Assembly (NCBI RefSeq): GCF_964355755.1
Contig: NC_092676.1
Span: forward strand, 16,200,871 to 16,264,870
DNA length: 64,000 nt
Source of the DNA: Antedon mediterranea
Lineage: Eukaryota > Animalia > Echinodermata
Direction of reading: 5' to 3'
This document shows positions 29,737 through 44,700 of the stretch, in pieces. Both the position numbers and the translations under genes were made by a program. Each line of letters starts with the position of its first letter. Position 1 is the first letter of the stretch. Below the pieces are notes generated by a model. That model searched no databases. It was not told where the DNA came from and saw nothing but the letters and a program-made list of their open reading frames with translations.

Positions 29737-32700
29737 ATGTCCTGTCCTTGGAGGCAAGTTTCATGGAGGAGATTACCGGCCTTTCCAGGAAACTCATCAA
29801 CAGTATCACTTCGTAGAAGTGCCGGTTGTCAAAGGAAAAGTCCTGCAAAATCAGTACAATGTTCAGTGCCAGAGTTGCGTGAAGGTACCGCCGTAGTAGT
29901 CTAGACCTAGGCTAGGGCCTAGGCCTAGGCCTTCTATCCAGGCTAGCTAGGCCTACCAAACAACAATAGCAAGTAGTAGGCCCTATTTACTATTACACCA
30001 CATTTTTTCGAGCTTAACCAATTTAAAAACATTCACTAAAAATATAAAAATAATACTTAGGCCTAGGCTAGGTCCTAGCCTCTAGGAGGCCTACCTAGGC
30101 CTAGTAGTAGTAGGGCCAGGCCTAGTAGAGCCTAGAGGCTAGGCCCTAGCTATCCTAGGCCTAGGCATAAATAGGTAACGTGGAGATCTGTTTCAAAGGG
30201 TGAGGGGGACAAATAAAAGATCAAGTACTTATAATTATTTTTTTTCTAGTGGCCAGAGGCCAGGAAAAGATCTTTCAATTCCAAGGAAGGATCTGCGCCG
30301 TTAGCCATTGGCATTGCCATTAGTTAGGCCTAGGCTAGGCCTAGCCTCGATAATAATAGTATGTGCCTAACCTAAGGGCTATAGCCTATAGTAATATTTT
30401 AAGTCACATTCTCTTTTTCTATGTTGCTATGTTTTCTAAGTGACAATTGAAGAAAATGTAACACCTCAAGCAATAAAGGAATACTTGTTACATCATCCTT
30501 GGCTGGTTAGAGAATTTGTTGAAGAGAAAGTTACCGCAGAAGAAGTACAACAATGGTTGATTAAGAAACAACCTAATAATTTAGAAGAGCCTTGTGAAGG
30601 TACAGTACATTTTAGATTATAAAATGTGTTAGACATTTTCAATTTAAGTATAGCATCACTGTACAATCTTTACATTGTATGGATCATTATTTTGAAAAGT
30701 GATTTTTATTGCAAATATAATCTTCTATTAGGTCTTAAGCTCTGTCAACACTATCTATCAACTAGTTTGACAAAACAGTGTGATGTGCCCAAATATGGTA
30801 GTGATATAACTTCATAATGTCCATATATGGTCACATCACATTTTTTTTGTCACATAGTTTGATGGTGTAGACAGAGCCTAAATGAGACCCAAAGGAATAT
30901 CATACAGTGTATACATTATTATAACACACCTATTGTTGATATAAAGTTTGCGGTACACCAATATAATATACGTGGTATACCGCAAACTTTATATCAACAT
31001 TTGATTTCGTCATGCAAACCTTCAAACAACACCTGATTGTATTCTTGCAATTTGATTGGTTAATTACTGTTGTGTGCGTCGCCTATAACTGTTCTAGTCC
31101 ATGTCTAAAGTTGGAGCACTGCCTTTTTATTGGCCTACCGTAGGGTAGCTTCCTGATTCACAATGAATAAATTGAATAAAAGTAGGTGTGTTAATAATGT
31201 GATTTTAAGCACTTTGATGTTTTTGTGTAACCAAGTTTTTTCGAAAATCTCAAAATGGTCTAAAACCTCTCCAAATACGATTTAACTGTTATAAAAAAAA
31301 TGAATGTTTTGTATTTGTTGAATGGAGAGAATATTTCATTCGATGACAAATTTACTGCTCTGCTCTACTGCTCATTTTTCCAACTCATGAAATATCCTCA
31401 CCATCAATAAACCCAATAAATATTCATTTGTACTGTAGATTCATTTGTAAATGTAGATCATTAATATAATTGTTATTAATATTGTTATTGTTTGTAGGGA
31501 AATTGAAGAAAGTACCATCTGACATGAATCTATTTACACTTGGTAGTTCAAAGTGTGGTTTACCTTCTACTATGCTAAGTATGGTAAAGGATATAGAAGA
31601 TAATGTAGAAATTGCAGAGAAATTGAACAAAGTGGCCAAAGTGATTGCTAAAGGTAAGATCCACTCTCTGTGGCATATCCGGAGCATTAGAATTTCGGGT
31701 ACACAGAAAAATTTCCTTGAGAAAGTAGTAAAATATTCTGTTCTGAAACGAAAGTAATTTTAAATTGCCAAATTGCTCACCGAGCCTGGTTGTTTAGCTT
31801 TCAAAATATGGCACTTCCCTCCCCTTCAAATTTCTTATATACAATACATTTTAAATAAAGAGATGAAAGAAATTAGAAAAAACAATGAAGTTGGCTTTTG
31901 CTAATGTTATGTGTAAAAATCAACTAAAATAATCAATCACTTATTCATTACTTTTCAGTATTGGCAGAATAAGGCTACCTGTAGGGTGATTTATGGTTTA
32001 TTACAAGTGCATCAAATCAGTTTAGAAAACAAACAATTTTGCCATGAATAATGTACAGAAGTAATCATGATGTTTTGCTTCATGTCAAAACTTAATCCAT
32101 AAATAGAACATAGAAATAGAATATTTTCTATTACTTTGACATTTTGTTATTGTGATTCTAGGATGTAATGCAGATGTGTATACTCTATACCTTGTGAATT
32201 CTATGGGAAACGTAAGTTATAATATTTATGTATTTTGCAGTCAGGCTTGCTCTATGTGTGTGTGTGTAAGACTGAGAAGGAAACACAAATATAGATGATA
32301 TAATGGTTTAGATAACTATTTATTCTGAAAAGTCCCGTGAGCACGGATCACGGCAAAATAGAAAATATACCCAATGCGGGATTAAGTGATTAAGTAGAAA
32401 ATACTGGGATGCTACAAAAGTCAAAATAAAATAAAATAAAGTGGGAGGGTGGGTGGGAAAAGAATTAAACTTTAAGAACCTGAGCACAAGTGTGCGTTGC
32501 GGCTGGCAATGATTTAGAAAAGGTTGAAATGTTACTGGTATTATACAAATGTTTCATTACAAAGCATTATTCCTAGTATGCCTATAAAATCTCAATCTGA
32601 GTTTATTATACTTCTTTTACTTAAGCGTGGTTCCCACTAGCGACGCAACGCAGGGACGTAACGCAACGCAAGTGAATTGACCAATCACAAGCGATGGCTT

Positions 32701-35700
32701 ATTCGCCGCTGTGATTGCTAACTGTCTATAACGTCGCTTGTCATTGGCTAAAACGCTTGCGTTGCGTTTACGTCCTTGCGTTACGTTCTAGTGGGAACCA
32801 AGCTTTAGAATTTTAAATTGAGATGTTATACAGCCCATCAACCATTGCACTTCTGCCTTAATACCGCTCAGACACTTTTGGAAGTTACTTAAATCAACCT
32901 CAGTAATTCTAATATATATTTTCAATTATAGATTTGGTGGGACTGCATAATGAAAAAATAAATGCTTTTGCTAATGTTTGACAATTACTGTTTGATTTTA
33001 AAATGCATTATCTTTGATTTTTTAGGACATTTTCTTTTGTAAAGAAAATAAAGAAGGAAAGTGAGTATGTCAAGGGAAATTAGTATTTCTTTTTAAATTA
33101 TATATTATATTATTACTAATTAATTAAGATTTTGGTGGCTATTTGCTGGTTTTCTTATGGCAATTTAGTACAAAAACAAAAAAATGATCTGTATAATATA
33201 CCTGTTTTCAATTAATATTGAATTGAACATTTAAAATTTATATAGATATAAAGTGTATTTAATCATGTATATTATTATAGGCCTATGCTTTACAACAGAT
33301 TTTGATATTAACTGCATTCAACAGCAGCTCTTTTTGCAAATAATTTTAGCTTTAGCTCAGTACAGTGATATATTCTATTTGTGTTTTGTTTTATGACAGG
33401 ATTGATCAGATTGTAAATGGTCCAATAGCGTATGGGCAGACAATCTCATCATATGTCGCATATAGCAAAGAAATAGTTATGGAATCTGATATATTAGGGG
33501 TATGTTAATGTATAGTCAGTGATTCACATCTAGATACATTAGATATTGAATTTCTGGTGTGTGTGTGTTTGTGTGCATAATAGTTTAAACAAAATAATAT
33601 GATTTAATTGATTGATTCACTGAATAATAGGATGGTACTTGCTTACTCATTTACCAGTAACATTATACTATAAGAGGTCTATAACATTTAATGAATTAAA
33701 TAACATTTAGTATAGGCCGACCCAAATATGGTAGTCTTGGCAATAATAATGTAGACCTGTACTGCTTCTGCATAATTTGCATGGGCTCATAAAAACCATT
33801 TATTTTTGCTTTATTTATGAACCATACAAGCATGCACATGATATCTTTGGGATAAAATTCATGTTTCTTCTATTCTAAACAGTAAAATGAAGAAACTAAA
33901 AATAATAAAATAATAAACAGTATTTAAATAGCGCCTAATGGATCACTGACCCCTCTAGGTGCTTTACATAGGACCTTAACTAATGGTAATAAACTATCCC
34001 CCGCCGGACACCATTCCGGTATTTCTTAGTCGAGGTTTCACACTTATGATCTCTATCATATTCAGTGTCTGTCCACAATTTGTAACATTTTATGCTATAT
34101 AATAATACAGTATACAGTATGTTTCTACTAAGAGGACAAAAACTGATTAAATAGTGTGAATTATTAAAACAGGACTATAACACATCGTCACGTAATCACA
34201 AACTGTCAAACGGAAGCTTGCGACAAACAAGGGTGCAGCCATTTATTTTATTTCTATTGAGCAGTTTTTAGGTCAGACAACACAAAGCACTTATATATAA
34301 TGTTAATATATATATTGTGGCTAATGATGATGTAGTGACTTTCTGCAGATACCAGTTAATTATTTTGGGTTGGATTTGGTTGTAGAAGCACACCAAAAAA
34401 TTTTAAATTTCATACGCATCCAAAAGTGAGCACAAACTAGCCAATTACAGGATGGATAAACAATTTTATAATTTATGCTTATAAACTAAGTTTTATTTGA
34501 GGCTTAGGGAAAGAATCGTGAGTTTAACCCTGGCACTAGGTCAGGATTGAACCTTGGGTTTGAAAGGCAAGCACGTTATAACCACCAAGCTACAGCTCCA
34601 CTACTCTACTACTTAATATTTTTTTTGGAATGCCATTTTAATGTCACATAATACTTAATAGTTATTCACCAAAATTGAATAAAAAAAAACCCCACAAATT
34701 ATTTACATGAAAAAACTGTAAATTAAAGCAAAACAAAATAGTCAAATTGGCTGCCAGCCAATAGAAATACATAATAATAATAATAATAAAATAAATAACA
34801 AAATAAAATAAATTAATAACAAATAAATAAATAACATAATAAAATAAATGGCTGCACCTTCAATTGGTTGAATTTAACTGTTTATTTTGTCATTTTATAA
34901 GTGAAAATATTATTTCGGTTTTTTAATATATCTCATTTATTCATGTAAACTTTCTCAAATATTGTGTAGGATGAACGCTTCCCAATGGGTACTGGTATGG
35001 ATGAATGTCAAACCAAATCATTTCTGGTCTTGCCTATCCTGCAGCCTGATGGAGAAATTATTGGTAAATATAATAGTCCTACTCATATTATTCTGAAGAT
35101 CATACGAATGAGTGGATTATAGTCGCTATACTAGAAAGAAAGAACTATTGTTTAAAATTTTATAAAGCAATTTCTTTGTAAAGAAGGGAAGTGAAGGGTT
35201 TCTGATCTAATCAAATTCGAATAGATATTTTTGGTGAGGTTTAGATGATAATTATGAGTATTACAGTGGCATAACACAGTGGGCAAAGGCCCTTAGTTTA
35301 CCACTCCGCTGGGTAGTTGCATTGGACTGCACATGCTCTAGAGCCCTTAAGCTCTGGGATCTCTGAGTGATCGAGTGCTTTGTTTTTAAGGGCCTGCTCT
35401 CTAGCTTTATGCAGCAAATCATAGTAAAACAAAACTAAACTTTTCTGTTTTGCTAGGAACCCTTTCACATAGAAAATGTAGTGACAAATTTTAACTGGTG
35501 TCTAGACTTACAATAGTGTAAGTGAGTGGCCGAGCGGTTAAGACAGTGGAACCGTAATCACGTAGCCATAACATCGGCAGGGGTTCGAGGCTCACTCACT
35601 CCATGGTTCTGGTGGTAGAACGAGTCTTCTCGGATAAGGACTATAAACCGTAGGTCCAGTGTGCACAACTTGCTCGTGTGCACTTTAAAGAACCTAGTAC

Positions 35701-38700
35701 ATCTTTCGAGATGAGTAGGGGGTTACCCCGGTGTATTAGTACATCACAGCCACTGATCACCAACTGGGCCCTCTGGGAGATCAGTCTTTGACTGAAGAGG
35801 TTACCCAGTATAAAGATAAAACAAACAAACAAAACAAACAAACAAACAATACTTACCATAATTTCTGTGTGACAATGCCTATAAGAATTAATATTGAAAC
35901 TAAAATGACACTGACAACCAAGATTTGTTTTCACTATTCTAATTTCTATTAAATAATAATTTTAATTCACGCTCAACTAAACACCAAATACATTGCAAAC
36001 AAAACAGTTTTTTTTTTATCATAGTTGGCAATAATCAGAGGTTTTACCTAACATATTTTTCATCGTAAATGAAAAATCGTTATGCAACAAATATATATGT
36101 CACTGTGTTTGATGATTCAGATTTTTAAATTTATTTTTTCCTTCAGGAGTTTTAGAGCTTTCACGCAATCAGAACAGTAAGATGTTCAGTGAAGAAAATA
36201 AACAGGTCAATTAATAATAAAGATCATTTAGTTGATGGAGAAAAAGTATTTTAAATTAATTTGTAGATTCCAAATAGTCTATAATAGCCGTTGATAGGTA
36301 CTTTAGAATTTGGAGATCGAGACAATTCAAATGAGTTAAGACAAACAGGTATGAGTAATTTGAGGAATGATTTATTGATAGATGGAAAGAAAAATTGACC
36401 AATAGCATCGCATGATTAGCATGACTAATGCAAGATACAGCGCCCTGTACATACGATATTATTGCATAGTTTATCATCTTCTGCATTTTTATAATGTATC
36501 TCTCACTATATCATATATAATACTGTCACTGGGGTATAAAGCCACTAATAGAAATGTTAAACAAAAAATATTTAAACTGCTTTCCATTTAAAGCTGTTAG
36601 AAAACCTTGTCTACGAAAATGGGTGCAGTTGTACCAGAACCCCTAAATTGGTCCATCCCACCCTGACACTGTACACTTGCATAAAATATTTTAGTACAAA
36701 TTTGGTTTCAATATAATATTATATATTAATAATATTCACAGTCAGTATGGCACTATTGTATAGTGTCAAAGTATGATATATCAACAATATGTTGCTGATG
36801 TGTTTAGTTAATAGTTAAATTTATTAACATTTATCAAACATAATTTCTTTTTTAAAAAATTTAGGTGGCGTGTATGTACCTTTCATGGGTCGGTATTGCT
36901 ATACATAAAGTACAGGTAAGTTGACAAATCAGTGTCTCTTCATCATGGGTCGGTATTGCTATACATAAAGTACAGGTAAGTTGACAAATTAGTGTCTCTT
37001 CATCATGTCAAATTATTCTACTCCAGTTACTGCAGTAAATATTTTTTTTACTGCAGTAACATTATTTAATTTTGTTTGTATGTGCGGTAGAAATGTATGT
37101 GGTAGTCAAATGCAATAACAGTGTGTATTAAGCTATAAAAGCTTGCTATATAATTGCATAAACATTTTAAAGATTAAGAAAATGTTGCTAGAAGAATAAT
37201 TTTGACATGGTTCCAACCACTGATAGAACATGTAAAATAAATTAAGATTTCTATTTTATCCCCAAATATATTCAGGTAATTCATTGTCAACTTTTAGATA
37301 TAGCACAACCAATCAAAATTATTATTTAATAGTTAGCTGTTATTTTGTATTCAATGGATTTAGTTTCTCTTAATTAAAACATCAGCTTTTCATTAATTCA
37401 AATCTAATTGCTTAGCAAATTATGCAGCAGCTCTTCAAACTTTTACACTAATTGCCATAGGCTAAGCATTCCAAGTCAGTTTGCTTGAAATAAACAAAAA
37501 CTATTTGCAATTCGGTTCAAATTCACTTCAGTTCATGATTAATGAAGTCTTTCATAATCTCAACATTTTACTGAAAATTATTAAAAAAGGAAAAATAAAA
37601 ATCACTCGTATTTGACTTGAATTGAACATAAAATAGACTCTTTCATCTCATCATATCATCTTCCTTCACTGTGTATAGAACTTCATTTGAGCAAGCACAT
37701 GGGTTGGTCACATTATGCAGCTAATCCTAATTTCTTTATATATTTTGACTTCCACTTTATTTTAAAAATTTAATTATTTAATTAATTAATTAATAGTCAG
37801 ATCAATTCTTGAATCCGCTGTTGGACTCCACAGACTCATGGAGTAGATGATCTTCCAAAGATGGTGTCTGAAAGTTTTTGATAGGAGCATTGTAAAGCTG
37901 TCTGTACTGTACTATTTAATATTAAATATATTATTGCATGACCTACATAATCAAAAACGTTTACATTGGTTATTTATGTTGTTGTGCATGGTTATGAACA
38001 ATCTGAGAATTAGTTTGTAGATTGAATAATGTAGTCTTTATTTAATGTATAAATGATTGATTTTAGGTATGCAAAGGCTTAGTAAAACAGCGAGAGTTCA
38101 ACGACTTCTTACTTGAGGTCTCCAGGTAATTTAGTTTTAACTCAACTTAAAAGTTACGAGTCAGTGTTTTTTTTTAATTAATAAATACGTTAAAAGTAAT
38201 GATTAAAATAAACTTCCTTCTATGGTATCTTGACATACTTTTTTATAATTGAATATAAAACGATGGGGTGGACAGGTACAGTTAAGGACCTGAAATCCAT
38301 TATTATGCAACAAATATAAATGTATACATCAAAAATCTGAAATAATTATCATTTGTTTACAGGGTGATATTTGATGATATAGTTGCCACAGATAGTCTTA
38401 CAGAACACATAATGGTATTGCATTAGGTTATTTATGAATATACCTAATTCAAACAATTATAATTTACCCTATAATTAATAAAATTAATTTAAAAGGCAAA
38501 TATATATTTTGTTATATATCGTTCCTTGTAAATTTACAGGGAAAATTTTTTAATGAAATGAAATATACTTCATAAATAATATTATGCCAAATTTTAACTA
38601 TACATACTTAAATATTATTATGCTACAATTTAACTTTGGTTATGTTAAACTTCCACACTTAAGGTGAATATATTAACTCAATAAAAAGACTGGATGTCTT

Positions 38701-41700
38701 AAATATTATTGTGCTCAATTAAATTGTGGTTGTTATTATTATTATTATTATTTGGTTATAAAAAAAAAAGATTTGTGGCTGGTTGGTGAATACTTAAATA
38801 CAGCCTTAATTTTGTTAAGCTAGAAATAATTGCTCATTTTATGCACAGATGTTTACTAAGAGCTTGGTTAGTGCTGATCGTTGTGCTTTATTTCTATTGG
38901 ATGAAGACAATGATGAACTTTATGTTGATCTCTTTGATGAAGGGTTGGAAATTGATGGGAAACCAGTCTTTGCAAGAAAGAACCAAATAAGGTAAAGCAA
39001 CCATGCAAACCTTTTGAAAACGGTGAATAATATCATTTTAATACTGGCCAGAAAGAGATACTATAATTTAATTGTTAGTAATTTTATTGTAATAAAGTTT
39101 TATAAATATAAAGTTATTACTCAGGTCACTGCAAAACAAGTGACTAAAGCTATATAGATATAACTATAATAACCATAATATATGCTTTTTGAAATCATAA
39201 TTGTGACCATTTTTGGCATCATGGCAGCGTCTGTTTTGGGTACTTTTCAGTGACAAATCCCAACACAGTTTTTAAAATTGGTCACAAAGATTAAAAGTCA
39301 AACTAAAAACAGTAAATTACATGGTAATACTTCATATTTTGTATATTTAGATTTTCTATTGAAAAGGGTATAGCAGGACATGTAGCTAGGACAGGTGAAG
39401 TGGTCAATATACCTGATGCTTACAGTGACTCAAGATTCAATAGGTCAGATGCCAATATCTTTGCCAGGATACTTTAACCATTATGAAAATAATATTTGAG
39501 TGTAGTGTACAAATAATTTAAGGGAAAATAGAACACTTTTCACCAAATGGAATTATTTGTTCCATTGCATAAATATAAAACACTCATTATTTTAATGAGA
39601 GGCTAGGCCAATGCCTAAACTTTAAAATGTTGGAACGTACTAATATTATATACAGACATTGTTTTGTTCTACAGAGAAGTGGACTTAAAAACAGGGTACA
39701 CAACCAAGAACATTCTGTGTATGCCAATCCTGAGCCAAGGAACTGTCATAGGAGTGGTTCAAATGTTAAACAAGAAAGGCGCAGAAATGGCATTTAGTAG
39801 CACAGGTAAAATACTGTATGTCTACTACAAGAATCTTTCTCTAAACTCACACTAAAGTTGTAAATTCACTAGAACAAGTTCTGGTTGCCCAGTAAAGCTA
39901 TTGCTTCACATAAAGTACTTTGGCTTTCTCTTTTATAAAGTCTTGCATGTTCTGTGAGTGAACATACTGTGTATTTTTTTATGGTGAAATTATTCGTAAA
40001 AAACATGCATAATTTTAACAAAAGCAGACAAAATCAAATAAAAGAGCAAATAACTTTTTTCTTTTTAGATGAATCCAATTTTCGTATGTTTGCAGTTTAT
40101 TGTGCCTTAGCTTTGCACTATTCTAAGGTTAGTAAAGCCTGTTTTACACTAGGCAAATTTATTTGCACAGGTTGAAAACATCAGCTTATGCACATGCATA
40201 TTCAACATTCTGTGTGTCAAACTCCCTTCTGCAACAAATTCTACTTTCTTGAGTTTTTTGCTTTCTAGCAAACTTATAGTAGTTCAAACAGTTTTTACTT
40301 TTTACAGAGGAAAAAATTGCAACCAATTTGCAGCTCATGAGGTGTCATATGTAAAGTATATGAATTGCTTATGGTTGTATTACTAGTACATTATACTAAT
40401 TACAATTGCAGGTAAATTATTTTGCCTTTGTTTAGATCTATAGTACAATCCAGCAGTCAGATTGTATGCTGGCTGTTACTACTGAACAAGTAGCCTACCA
40501 CATCACTGCAAGTACCTCACAACACAGTAGACTAATGGCCAGGCCTCTTCCAAAGGTTATTCCACCAGATGTCGATGAGTAAGAACTTATATGTACTGTA
40601 CCTTCACATCTGAACTTTTAAAAGTTCTTATAATTTTCGAAATCTTCTTGCGATAGAGCTACTGTACAATGGTGTCAAACTGCAAATTAACTTTTACAAA
40701 ACTGTTTTTTAACATGTAGGTTTCACTTTGATATCCGTCCATATACCAACATATTTCCAGAACTGTTCATCTACATGACATTTGAACTATTTGGAGAGGA
40801 AACATTTGACTTGCCAAGTCTTGCTAGGTTCATCTTGACTGTGAGAAACAGTTACCGACTGGTACCCTACCACAACTTTGAACATGCCTTCACTGTCACG
40901 CATTGTATGTACTGTCTCTTACATGTCACTCAAGGATTATTCTCGGAAATAGAGGTACTCAATTTTCATTATATTATTGTTTGTAACATAAAAGCTGGAT
41001 AAAATGCTTTAAAAAATGCTCTAAAATCAAACAGAAAAACATTTATGTGAGTAGTGTTATGCTGTGGGGGTTGTCAATGGGTGCACTGACCTTTAAAAAA
41101 TGAAGAAAATATTAAAAAAGCATGTGAAAATACAAAAAAGAAATTATCATTGTCATTAAAAACTACCTTTATATTTTAATACTTTTATTTTATTATTTAG
41201 ACTATTTTAGGGGAAACATTTTGCTGTTTTTTCCCTCAATTATTATGTGTTTGAATGCTTTCATTTCAACCCATCATAGATTTCTCACTGTATGCCCCTG
41301 AATGTGTACGATTCTTGTTTATATACATTTTTACTTTGACAGATGCAATCACTATTCTTTGCCTGTATCTGTCATGATCTGGATCACAGAGGTTTCACCA
41401 ACTCCTTCAACGTTAAGTTTGATACACCTCTGGCGAACTTGTATGCTACATCAACAATGGAGCAGCACCACTTCAATCAGACTGTATTCATTCTCCAGCT
41501 TGAAGGTCACAACATCTTTCAACATCTACCAAACAATGTCTACAAACAGGTACAACATCTAGAATTAGGAGACGATCTGCCACATTTGGCAAATGAGGAA
41601 TGATTGCATTTGATTACCACTAATGTAATTTATACGTACATTTGTAGTGTTATACTGGACATTTCTGTGCTGTTGGCTTACCAGACTAGCAGCATAAATA

Positions 41701-44700
41701 TTCTTTGTATAGCGCCATATTCGCAATAGCTGTTAACACAAAACTATTTTTGTATTCTTGTAATGCATTTTTAATTTTCATATTGTAATAGATGCTTGGT
41801 CATATAAGGCATAATATCTTAGCAACAGATCTAGCCATTCACTTTGACAACCAGAAAGAGCTGGCCAAAATATGTTTAACAGACAACTTGTGTATAAGCA
41901 ATCCTAAGCATAGGTAGGTGGTGTAGTAGAGATCTCTATTCAGTGAGGACACCAGACAACTTGTGTATAAGCAATCCTAAGCATAGGTAGGTGGTGTAGT
42001 AGAGATCTCCATTCAGTGAGGACACCAGACAACTTGTGTATAAGCAATCCTAAGCATAGGTAGGTGGTGTAGTAGAGATCTCAATTCAGTGAGGACACTT
42101 TGTTGGTTGCCAATGGTGTCCTCTTAATTTGTTGGTTGCCAATGGTGTCCCCTCAATTTGTTGGTTGCCAATGGTGTCCTCTTAATTTGTTGGTTGCCAA
42201 TGGTGTCCCCTCAATTTGTTGGTTGCCAATGGTGTCCTCTTAATTTGTTGGTTGCCAATGGTGTCCTCTTAATTTGTTGGTTGCCAATGGTGTCCCCTCA
42301 ATTTGTTGGTTGCCAATGGTGTCCTCTTAATTTGTTGGTTGCCAATGGTTTCCCCTCAATTTGTTGGTTGCCAATGGTGTCCTCTTAATTTGTTGGTTGC
42401 CAGTGGTGTCCTCTTAATTTGTTGGTTGCCAATGGTGTCCCCTCAATTTGTTGGTTGCCTGTGGTGTCCTCTTAATTTGTTGGTTGCCAATGGTGTCCTC
42501 TTAATTTGTTGGTTGCCAATGGTGTCCTCTTAATTTGTTGGTTGCCAATGGTGTCCTCTTAATTTGTTGGTTGCCAATGGTGTCCTCTTAATTTGTTGGT
42601 TGCCAATGGTGTCCCCTCAATTTGTTGGTTGCCAATGGTGTCCCCTCAATTTGTTGGTTGCCAATGGTGTCCTCTTAATTTGTTGGTTGCCAATGGTGTC
42701 CTCTTAATTTGTTGGTTGCCAATGGTGTCCTCTTAATTTGTTGGTTGCCAATGGTGTCCTCTTAATTTGTTGGTTGCCAATGGTGTCCTCTTAATTTGTT
42801 GGTTGCCAATGGTGTCCTCTTAATTTGTTGGTTGCCAATGGTGTCCTCTTAATTTGTTGGTTGCCAATGGTGTCCTCTTAATTTGTTGGTTGCCAATGGT
42901 GTCCTCTTAATTTGTTGGTTGCCAATGGTGTCCTCTTAATTTGTTGGTTGCCAATGGTGTCCCCTCAATTTGTTGGTTGCCAATGGTGTCCTCTCAATTT
43001 GTTGGTTGCCAATGGTGTCCTCTTAATTTGTTGGTTGCCAATGGTGTCCTCTTAATTTGTTGGTTGCCAATGGTGTCCTCTTAATTTGTTGGTTGCCAAT
43101 GGTGTCCTCTTAATTTGTTGGTTGCCAATGGTGTCCTCTTAATTTGTTGGTTGCCAATGGTGTCCTCTTAATTTGTTGGTTGCCAATGGTGTCCTCTTAA
43201 TTTGTTGGTTGCCAATGGTGTCCTCTTAATTTGTTGGTTGCCAATGGTGTCCTCTTAATTTGTTGGTTGCCAATGGTGTCCTCTTAATTTGTTGGTTGCC
43301 AATGGTGTCCTCTTAATTTGTTGGTTGCCAATGGTGTCCTCTTAATTTGTTGGTTGCCAGTGGTGTCCTCTTAATTTGTTGGTTGCCAGTGGTGTCCTCT
43401 TAATTTGTTGGTTGCCAGTGGTGTCCCCTCAATTTGTTGGTTGCCAGTGGTGTCCCCTCAATTTGTTGGTTGCCAATGGTGTCCTCTTAATTTGTTGGTT
43501 GCCAATGGTGTCCTCTTAATTTGTTGGTTGCCAATGGTGTCCTCTTAATTTGTTGGTTGCCAATGGTGTCCTCTTAATTTGTTGGTTGCCAGTGGTGTCC
43601 TCTTAATTTGTTGGTTGCCAATGGTGTCCTCCTAATTTGTTGGTTGCCAATGGTGTCCTCTTAATTTGTTGGTTGCCAATGGTGTCCTCTTAATTTGTTG
43701 GTTGCCAATGGTGTCCTCTTAATTTGTTGGTTGCCAATGGTGTCCTCTTAATTTGTTGGTTGCCAATGGTGTCCCCTTAATTTGTTGGTTGCCAATGGTG
43801 TCCTCTTAATTTGTTGGTTGCCAATGGTGTCCTCTTAATTTGTTGGTTGCCAATGGTGTCCTCTTAATTTGTTGGTTGCCAATGGTGTCCTCTTAATTTG
43901 TTGGTTGCCAATGGTGTCCTCTTAATTTGTTGGTTGCCAGTGGTGTCCTCTTAATTTGTTGGTTGCCAGTGGTGTCCTCTTAATTTGTTGGTTGCCAGTG
44001 GTGTCCCCTCAATTTGTTGGTTGCCAGTGGTGTCCCCTCAATTTGTTGGTTGCCAATGGTGTCCTCTTAATTTGTTGGTTGCCAATGGTGTCCTCTTAAT
44101 TTGTTGGTTGCCAATGGTGTCCTCTTAATTTGTTGGTTGCCAATGGTGTCCTCTTAATTTGTTGGTTGCCAGTGGTGTCCTCTTAATTTGTTGGTTGCCA
44201 GTGGTGTCCTCTTAATTTGTTGGTTGCCAATGGTGTCCTCCTAATTTGTTGGTTGCCAATGGTGTCCTCTTAATTTGTTGGTTGCCAATGGTGTCCTCTT
44301 AATTTGTTGGTTGCCAATGGTGTCCTCTTAATTTGTTGGTTGCCAATGGTGTCCTCTTAATTTGTTGGTTGCCAATGGTGTCCTCTTAATTTGTTGGTTG
44401 CCAATGGTGTCCCCTTAATTTGTTGGTTGCCAATGGTGTCCTCTTAATTTGTTGGTTGCCAATGGTGTCCTCTTAATTTGTTGGTTGCCAATGGTGTCCT
44501 CTTAATTTGTTGGTTGCCAATGGTGTCCTCTTAATTTGTTGGTTGCCAATGGTGTCCTCTTAATTTGTTGGTTGCCAGTGGTGTCCTCTTAATTTGTTGG
44601 TTGCCAATGGTGTCCTCTTAATTTGTTGGTTGCCAGTGGTGTCCTCTTAATTTGTTGGTTGCTAATGGTGTCCCCTCAATTTGTTGGTTGCCAATGGTGT

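Noticed and set aside
35518-35600. tRNA gene
   Set aside because: A and B boxes are present but no convincing cloverleaf was found. It continues into a SINE body that is repeated at 18195.
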